In this document: positions 56,210 to 64,000 of the stretch, in pieces
Position numbering within the stretch: the stretch's first letter is position 1
How the letters are laid out: every line of letters begins with the position of its first letter
Assembly (NCBI GenBank): GCA_951406725.2
Contig: OX597819.1
Location: 108,562,001-108,626,000, forward strand
Reading direction: 5' to 3'
Length of the DNA: 64,000 bases
From: Octopus vulgaris
Lineage: Eukaryota
Made by a program: the position numbers and the translations under genes
Notes under the pieces: generated by a model
The model's database searches: none
Told to the model about the DNA's origin: nothing
The model's input: only the letters and a program-made list of their open reading frames with translations

Positions 56210-56562
56210 TTAAGCATTTGATCAAGTTTCACTTGTAAATTTGATTTAAAGACGAATTAACACAGGTGTATCGGGTAGATTACTAGATTTGTTGCAATGG
56301 TATTATAGGCGTAGGAGTGCCTGTGTGGTAAGTAGTTTGCTTACCAACCATATGGTCCCGGGTTCAATCCCACCGTGTGGCACCATGGGCAAGTGTCTTC
56401 TACAATAGCCTCAGGCTGACCAAAGCCTTGTGAGCCTTGTTTCCCATTTAAAGTTGTTTATAAAATATAATCCAGTTGTATAGATTGAAAATAAAATAGG
56501 ACCTAATAAACTATACACCAATGTTCCGGAAGTAACATTATTTAGATAAACAAACAGATCTG

Positions 56563-56938
56563 TTACTCTCTTTTACTTGTTTCAGTCATTTGACTGTGGC
56601 CATGCTGGAGCACCGCCTTTAGTCGAGCAAATTGACCCCAGGACTTATTCTTCGTAAGCTTAGTACTTATTCTATCGGTCTCTTTTTGCCGAACTGCTAA
56701 GTTACGGGGACGTAAACATACCAGCATCGGTTGGGGGGACAAACATAGACACACAAACATACACACATATACGTACGATGGGCTTCTTTCAGTTTCTGTC
56801 TACCAAATTCACTCACAAGGCTTTGGTCGGCCTGAGGCTATAGTAGAAGACATTTGCCCAAGGTGTCATGCAGTGGGACTGAACCCGGAACCATGTAGTT
56901 GGTAAGCAAGCTACTTACCACACAGCCACTCCTATGCC
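56563..56938 (-). mobile_element. Full-length tRNA-derived, CORE-like SINE (third family)
   Basis: A/B-box head followed by ACCTTGGGCAA(G/A)TGTCTT..GTGGATTTGGTAGAC.GAAACTGAAAGAAGCCC. Other copies at ~2455-2610(-), 5965-6130(+), 24975-25125(-), 25330-25490(+), 34205-34575(+), 34960-35095(-), 45865-46220(+), 56308-56435(+), and 59041-59185 plus 60632-60880(+). Confidence 0.8.
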
Positions 56939-58924
56939 TATCTACCTGTAAATGTTTCTATTCAAATAGAATCACTGACTTAGCAATCTTCACTTGCACA
57001 TTTCAAAATTGTGTTGGTCAAAACCTAAAGGATATGCATTCACTAATACTGTACAAAACAGGTTCTCAAGTTTTGTTTTATGGTACCCTTAATTATGCAT
57101 ACAATGCACTGCAGTACCCCCACCCACCCTTTCATATCCTCACCAAATTCCATGGCACTCTATTTCTATTGCAAAGGATTAAGTGTGACAGGGAAAAAGA
57201 AAGTTAATATAAGTACCTTATTCTATTTACTATAGCACAATAAACTTCTTTACGTTATGATTGCTGAGTTATGCTAAATGACATCCATAACAGCTTGCAG
57301 GACACAAATCATACTTCAGATGCTATTCGTACAAATTCTAACTCAAAATATTCCACAAGTTGTGAAGAAGTTTCAACAATATCTTCACAGATATTTTCAG
57401 AGGAAAATGTGTGATTTAAGGGAGATTTGGCTGTCATTTCTAGCACATCCCAAGACAACCCTCCTTGTTTCTTTCTCACTCTTGCATGTATTGATGTTTA
57501 TCAATATTTTCTCCCCATAAACACATTTATACTATGAAAAATAAATTTGAAAAATTTATGATTTTTTTCAATTATAAATTGCTTCAATTTATAATTTAAA
57601 ATATTGGAGAGCCTGAGTTCATTTCTGGCATTTATCCACAGAGACTTCTAAAAAATAGGTATATAAAAGATAATTAATTTTATATAGCATACTTTTCTGT
57701 GAGAAAATGTTGTTTTCTTACACATGGCCTCACTTAATTAAGGTGGGGGTAAAAATATAAATTATCAATTTTTTGTTGATGTTTATATCTCACCAATGGA
57801 ACACATGTGTGGTCCATTGGTATCATCATTAAGTGGGGAGAAGAGTAAAAAAAATCATAAATTTTCCAAACCGCTTTTTCATAAAAAGATACTCCCCATC
57901 ATTTTGAAGGCTATAGTGAAAAACAATTGGAAAAATCCACATCAAAACGGAGAAATTCTAACTTCTGTGGTCTTCTTGATCCGAAACTCCTCACCCCACC
58001 CCTTTGAAAAATTCCGCTCCCCACAATTTCTTTATAATTGTGATCGATGTCATTTGAAAAGCATTTGTATAAACTTTCATTAAAAGATACCCATTTTCTT
58101 GAAAGTTATGAGGGAAAAAATCGGATTGTGTGAAGTTTCCCAAAATCCTCTCCCCGTCCCACCGGGAAAAGATTTTCCCCACAAATTTCTTTATAATCAT
58201 AATCTATGCCATTTGTAAGGTATTTCTATAAAATTTCATTTATGCATATATTTTCCTGAAAGTATGAGGGAAAAATTGGATCATGTGAATTTTCCGAAAG
58301 TCCTCGTTCGTTTGCGCAAATTTTTGTTTTCATATTCGTTTTCTACACACTTTTTTTACACCTATTAAGACTTGTTCATTTTTGTTTTAGTGACCAATTT
58401 CTTTTTTTCATTTTGTTTAGAAAATACCCTATTACCCCCGCCCCGCTTCCCTGTTTTCAAAAAGCTAAGAACTCCATATGTTTTACTTTCATCTGATGTT
58501 CCACACATGCGTAGATGCGTAAATCTCTCCTGAAATAGCAGACGAAAAAATATCATACTACCACCAGAAAACACGATATGCTAGAAACGACAGCTAAATA
58601 TCTGGAAAATATATTTTTCTACTAATTTAACGACCCTATTTTTCTTCTGTTTTTTTTTTGTTTCTTTTTTTTAAAACATAAACAATACCCGCAAAAAAAT
58701 TGTTTTCAGGTGTTTTATATATGTTGTACGATTTCTGAAAAATGTTCATTTGAAGTTTATATCGAGGATTAGGATTTCAGTTGGAGTTGAGTTGTAATTT
58801 TATGCATGCACACAGCAAAAGAAGATTGATGAAGGTTTTTTTTTTAATGCCAAACCACATATTATTTTCGTGTTTTGTTTATATAAAAATAGCGGCGATC
58901 TTTCGTTTGTAGTAGCACGTTTCC

Positions 58925-59040
58925 GGGATCTTTTCTTTTTGAAAGCCAGATTTTCCTAGTCAGACACATTCTACCAGTATACGAAGTTTCAAATTGTTTA
59001 GTTGACTAGGAAAATCTGGCTTTCAAAAAGAAAAGATCCC
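58925..59040. repeat. Perfect 38-bp inverted repeat with 40-nt spacer
   Basis: GGGATCTTTTCTTTTTGAAAGCCAGATTTTCCTAGTCA (58925-58962) and its exact reverse complement (59003-59040). Confidence 0.95.
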
Positions 59041-59185
59041 ATTGCAGGCATGGCTGTGTGGTAAAAAGCTTGCTTCTCAAAGACACCATATTGGGGTTCA
59101 GTCACACTGTATGGTACCTTGGGCAAGTATCTTCTACTATATAGCCTTGGGCCGACCAAAACCCTTGTGAGTGGATTTGGTAGAC

Positions 59186-60631
59186 ATCGCCTGTCAACTA
59201 TCGCCCCGTCAGTCTTACCAGCTGCATCACCAAACTGATGGAATCCTGTATCAGAGAAACCCTCTGGAACTTCTGGAAGTCTCACAGCCTCATCCAGCCG
59301 TCACAATTCGGATTTATTCCTAACTCCAGCTGCTGTAATCAACTCATCGAGTTTCTTGAGGATGTTACCCAAATCACTGATCGCGGATCCTGGGTGGATG
59401 TTGTTTACCTGGACTTTGCTAAGGCTTTTAACTCTGTGCCACACAAAAGACTTATGGTGAAGCTTTCTGCGTTGGGTGTAAGAGACGAACTCTATAACTG
59501 GTTAAAGTCCTTTATTTTCGGCCGAAAAGAGGTTGTCACAGTTCTAGGACAGCACTTTTCACCCTATGAGATGACATCTGGTGTGCCGCAGGGATCTGTT
59601 CTTGGCCCCCTTTTATTTGTTGCATATGTTAATGACATAGATGCCAACTTAAAGAATGCCACAGTGCTGAAATATGCAGATGACATCAAGCTGTACCTCG
59701 AAATAAAGAGGTCAAATCCTGTACACTATGGATCTCTATTGCAAGCAGACCTGGACACAATGCAGCAGTGGATCATGGACTGGCAACTCAAGCTGGCTGT
59801 GGACAAATGTACCACCATGCATTTTGGGAGGAGAAACCCAGCGTCCACCTACTCCCTCCACAACACTAGTCTCAAAAAGTCTTCAAGTGAACGTGACCTG
59901 GGTGTTATTGTCGACAGTGATTTGCGTTGGACAAAACACATCGCTAAAATTGTCAAGAAGGCTGAAGGTGTCTTGGCATCACTCACCAAATCCTTTGTGA
60001 GCCGCTCTCCGGCTATCTATCTGCGGCTTTATATAGCTATGGTAAGACCTCACCTGGAATTTGCATCACCGATCTGGAACCCCTATCTTGCCCAGGACAT
60101 CAATCGTCTGGAAGCTGTTCAGCGACGTGCAACCAAAAGAATACCCTCCATCAGGCATTTGCCATATCCTGAACGCCTTACTTCCCTGGGCATGGACACA
60201 TTGAAACTCCGACGTCTGGCAGCTGACCTGGCAGACACCCATAAAATTATCAACCATCGCACAAACAATAACACTGAGCACCTCTTCAAACTCCACCCAT
60301 CTAACACCCGTGGACATATTTACAAAGTAAGAAAACAGCACAGCTCCCATGACTTCAGGAAACATTTGTTCACGCTGAGAGTTGCCGAAGCGTGGAACAA
60401 ACTGCCGGCATCGGTTGTTAGTTGTCGGAGCACTGCATCCTTCAAGACTTCCATGCTTCCTGAGATTCGCCAACACTACACTTGATTTTCTCCCCTCCAT
60501 ACACACACAAGCATGTTCACTTTCCAGACAGTTCTACATTACTGCATGTACTTTATATGCACTTTCTGACAAGTTGTGGTGCACCTGAGCACTGTATACA
60601 ATAATTTCATTATTATTATTATTATTATTAT
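59186..60631 (+). mobile_element. 5'-truncated CR1/L2-group LINE with uninterrupted RT and C-terminal coding frame, nested in a SINE
   Basis: The frame runs from PVNYRPVSLTSCITKLME (59190) to the stop at 60485. It has a short 3' UTR and an (ATT)n tail at ~60609-60631. The flanks GGATTTGGTAGAC | AAACTGAAAGAAGCCC are contiguous in other SINE copies in this window. Confidence 0.93.
59238..60485 (+). CDS. Non-LTR reverse transcriptase, partial ORF2 (no endonuclease domain)
   Basis: Motifs QFGF, VDVVYLDFAKAFNSVPH, GVPQGSVLGPLLF, YADD, ERDLGV, VRPHLEFASPIWNP, LEAVQRRATK, NTRGH, WNKLP. Confidence 0.92.
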   Translation: MESCIRETLWNFWKSHSLIQPSQFGFIPNSSCCNQLIEFLEDVTQITDRGSWVDVVYLDFAKAFNSVPHKRLMVKLSALGVRDELYNWLKSFIFGRKEVVTVLGQHFSPYEMTSGVPQGSVLGPLLFVAYVNDIDANLKNATVLKYADDIKLYLEIKRSNPVHYGSLLQADLDTMQQWIMDWQLKLAVDKCTTMHFGRRNPASTYSLHNTSLKKSSSERDLGVIVDSDLRWTKHIAKIVKKAEGVLASLTKSFVSRSPAIYLRLYIAMVRPHLEFASPIWNPYLAQDINRLEAVQRRATKRIPSIRHLPYPERLTSLGMDTLKLRRLAADLADTHKIINHRTNNNTEHLFKLHPSNTRGHIYKVRKQHSSHDFRKHLFTLRVAEAWNKLPASVVSCRSTASFKTSMLPEIRQHYT

Positions 60632-61589
60632 AAAACTGAAAGAAGCCCATCGTATGTATCTGTGTGTCTTTGTGTCTGTGATTGTTCCCCCACCATTACT
60701 TGACAACCAATGTTGGTGTATTTACGTCCCCGTAACTTAGGGATTCGGTAAAAGAGACCGATATTAGTCTTACAAAGAATAAGCCCTGGGGTCCATTTTT
60801 TTGACTAAAAACCCTTTAAGGTGGTGCTCCAGCATGGCTGCAGTCAAAATGCCTGAAACAAGTAAAAGAATAAAAGAAAAATAGAATACTTTCAAAATTG
60901 GACTTCGACCAAGATTGTTGATCTCCTAAGATTTTCCTTCGATTTTGTTTCTTCATAACTTTCTGAAAAATGGAAAACGATGAGATGTGTATTGCACATC
61001 CCCCTCCAAAACAATTTCATTAAAAGATATCCAATTTTATAGACGTTAAGAGGAAATAAAGTCGATGGGAGAGGGACACTTGTGAAGATGTGCCCTTTCT
61101 TTCTTTTTTTTTTTTTGGTAAATTTTGATCCTTTCACCTGCACGATTTTCACAAAAAAAAAAATCCATCATAATTATATATATCATTATACATCATCATA
61201 ACTGTTTAACGTCTGCTTTACATGCTGGCATGGGTTGGACGGTTTGACTGAGGACTAGCAAGCTAGGAAAATCTATTCGGGATTATTATATATATTATAT
61301 CCAGTGATTTTAAGAGGTAGGAAAAGATATTTTATTAATATTTTACTTTTACTCCATTCACTCATACATGCAAAAACTCTAACGTGTTTTTTTAAAGATG
61401 AATTTATCGTCTATCTCTCTGGACTTCGTTACCACTAACTTCTATAACCTCTGTATCTTCACTTATTCATTTCAAACTCCTCTGAATTTTCAATTTAATG
61501 TAATCTACACTCTCTCGAAAATGTATTTCTGCAAAATTATGGATAAAGAAAGAAATAGCCAAAATTATTTGAAGATGGGTGTATGGGGG

Positions 61590-62060
61590 TGGGGTGAAAT
61601 TTCCGAGGGTTCCAATCCACTCCACCTCACCCCGTTTTCCAGACCCCAAAAAGGGTTTTGTAGCATATTAGGAGGTCACCGGAATTCAGTCAACGAAAAA
61701 AAAAAAAATTCCAATTATTCCGGGATAGGGGTGGGGGGTCTGGTTTCCCACGCACCCCTTTTTTCCGAACAAAAATAAGGGGTTTGCAGCATATTATGAG
61801 GTCAGGGTGATTTTCTAAGTGAAAGTCGTGCAGATGCAAGATCAATGGGGGTGAAGGGTTCCACCTCACCCCACCCCGTTTTCCGGCCCCCAAAAAAGGG
61901 TTTTGTAGCATATTACGTCACCGGAATTCATTCAACGAAAAAAAAAATTCTAATGATTCCGGGAATGGAGGGCGGGGGGTCCCATTCCACTTTTTTCCGA
62001 ACAAAAATATAGAGTTTGCAGCGTATTGGGAGGTCAGGGTACTTGATTCAACGCAAAAAA
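61590..62060. repeat. Diverged tandem duplication (~240-bp period), probably internal repeats of a non-autonomous DNA element
   Basis: CCCCGTTTTCC..AAAAAGGGTTTTGTAGCATATTA..CACCGGAATTCA..TTTTTCCGAACAAAAATA..GAGGTCAGGGT occurs twice. A comparable ~160-bp tandem pair lies at ~57990-58305. Confidence 0.75.
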
Positions 62061-62489
62061 TCCGCCTTTTTTTTTTTTTGTGAAAATCGTGCGGGTGAAT
62101 GAATCAAATAATACCCTTTTTTACGTTTTTCCTTAATTTTGCAGGCTATGTATCTCGTTTTACTTGGCCGCTTCTGGTGCCTTTCTATCACTGCCAAAAT
62201 TAATTTCTCTTCCAAAGAGAGAGAGTAGATTTTACCTCTTTCCTTAAAATTTTCATGAGAATGTATGGAGAGAATATGTTGTCACAAAAATGTTAAAGCT
62301 TTGCTAATTTGATCGATTTGTTAGTAAACCTAGATTAAATTTCATTTTATACACATTTTGCCATCAATTATATAGAGAATTACGAACATGGTATGTAAAG
62401 ATAAATTATTTTAATACAATATTTATGTGTACATTTCCATAAATGTTTTTCTTGAGCGCTCAAACCTAAATCATTAATTCAAATTAAAT

Positions 62490-62670
62490 GTGACAAAAAT
62501 AATTGACCCGGAAGAAGGCTGTAGTCTTTTCGTACCTCTATTTAAAGAGAGTAACCGGGAATTTTCAATTCCTTTTCACCGCCATTCTTTAAAACTTGTG
62601 TCGGGTCTTGCTAACTTAAATTTAGTTGGGTTTCCTGGTTTGTTTCTCTTTGCTATTTGTACGCGCTGTT
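62490..62670 (+). promoter_or_regulatory. Probable RANGAP1 core promoter / 5' UTR
   Basis: Locally CpG-richer sequence just upstream of the ATG, with ETS-like CCGGAAG (~62507), TATA-like TATTTAAA (~62539) and YY1-like CCGCCATT (~62579). Confidence 0.45.
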
Positions 62671-62833
62671 ATGTCCTCCCCTTTTGTGTTCAAGTCTGCG
62701 GACACGCCGACTACATCAGATCCGAACGATGTTTCCAGTATAACATCATTACTTTCGCAAACTACAGTAGAAGATGAAAAAAACGAGTTAAGCTTCTCCG
62801 GCCGGTCTCTGAAATTGAACGAGGCTGAAGATG
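62671..62833 (+). CDS. RANGAP1: Ran GTPase-activating protein 1, first coding exon (gene continues beyond window)
   Basis: Encodes MSSPFVFKSADTPTTSDPNDVSSITSLLSQTTVEDEKNELSFSGRSLKLNEAED. This matches the RanGAP1 N-terminus (human, from memory: [33 protein letters not shown]). A phase-1 donor G|GTCCGT follows directly after AED. Confidence 0.82.
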
Positions 62834-63267
62834 GTCCGTATTTTATTATTTTTCGTTTTCTTATTGTTTTCGTTGCTTTCTTTCATTCTTAAATCATTAC
62901 TCTTCATTTCTCCTATATACAAACAAATAATATAGATGTATGTTGATATATTGATTGTTCCATTAGCTGAAAAGAAGTAAAAAAAAAGGCTAATCTGAAA
63001 TAATTAAGACATATCTAACCAAAACGTATTTTTCATAACAAGACAAATAGGATAATTAACTTTTTTAAAATAAAGTATTCATATTTCTTCATATACTTTT
63101 CGATTTGTCGTTAATGACCACGTGGATGAATGGGTAGGGAATGTATTTCTTAATATTTGTTTAGGTTTGGTATTAAAACCTAAAATCGGTGGTTCTCGAT
63201 GTCCCTTGCGCACGGATAAAGAAATTATCACTTTGTACACTTTGCTTAATGTATGTATGTATGTATG

Positions 63268-63304
<37 letters not shown>

Positions 63305-64000
63305 AGAGAGAGAACTAAAGAGGACTATCTGTATAGAAAACTATCGATTACCTTGTTTCCTTAAATCATACTTGCGAATAACACGTTCAAGATGTTCATT
63401 CACAAGAATAGATTTACTAAAGTCTTATATCACAGTTTTAAAAAATCGACGAACATATACACTCGCCATAAAGAACACTTTGTGAGGACTACCTTCTAAT
63501 ATATATATATTGTGCGTGTGGAAACAGAAAATTGTTTTCGACCGCATTTGAGTAAAAGCTTTTGGCGGACTAAATCTACGTCAGTTGATAAAGGCTCTTG
63601 AGAAAAGCTTAGAATATTATTATTGTTGTATTTATTTGCATCCATGTGTGTTTGTGATTACAAATATAAGGCAACAATAATGACATCAATTACTATTCCT
63701 TGGTTGAGGTAAAGAATATGCACACTACCCGTTTTCGGCGTAACCCTAACCCTTAACCATCGGGTGTGATTATTCTTTACCTTTGCCTTATTCCTTCAGG
63801 TATTCGAGTTGTGAATGATTAGGAAGTGTCCTGATTTGTTTTTCAGTGACCGACTTATACATATGTAATCAATATTCAAATTGAATACACGATCTTAAGT
63901 TTCACACAATGAAAGTTAGTCATAGCTACCAAGAGTGCCTCCCGCCCCAGTCATTGTTTTCGAACAACTTTCAGAAAAATGGATATTTTTTAATGACATC

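Noticed and set aside
62500-62840. Hammerhead-like CTGAAGA/GGAAGAAGG motifs
   Set aside because: No GAAA core or stems. The sequence is better explained as RANGAP1 promoter and coding exon.
63741-63758. Telomere-like TAACCCTAACCCTTAACC
   Set aside because: Only 2-3 units; such motifs are common inside DNA-transposon relics.
63770-63830. Acceptor-like TTCCTTCAG as RANGAP1 exon 2
   Set aside because: In the required phase it hits a stop after a few codons (GIRVVND*) and lacks the expected LRR sequence. The real exon 2 is probably outside the window.

Overview
AT-rich, microsatellite- and transposon-dense eukaryotic DNA. The repeat families look like those of octopus (coleoid cephalopod); this is an inference from remembered repeat sequences, not a database result. 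The window holds one complete spliced gene on the + strand: a pecanex-like 4 (PCNX4) orthologue with 10 coding exons from 30843 to 49717. All introns are GT-AG and phase-consistent, giving 4092 nt and 1363 aa. The first coding exon of a RanGAP1 orthologue lies at 62671-62833 (+) and the gene continues beyond the window. The first ~29 kb contains no recognisable host-protein exon and is made of tRNA-derived SINEs, RTE 3'-end elements, CR1/RTE/RLE-type LINE fragments, a DD37D mariner relic, MITEs and simple repeats; Tx1 and Penelope fragments lie in the PCNX4 introns. A young, stop-free, 5'-truncated CR1/L2-type RT element is nested in a SINE at 59186-60631. I found no convincing new multi-gene system. 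The best leads are four sequence structures: a ~16-unit minisatellite built on a STAT/ETS-like TTCCAGGAAGT core, a 415-bp TG..CA insertion with a 5-bp TSD and internal PBS/gag-like sequence, two CR1 3' fragments with identical end points, and a perfect 38-bp hairpin.
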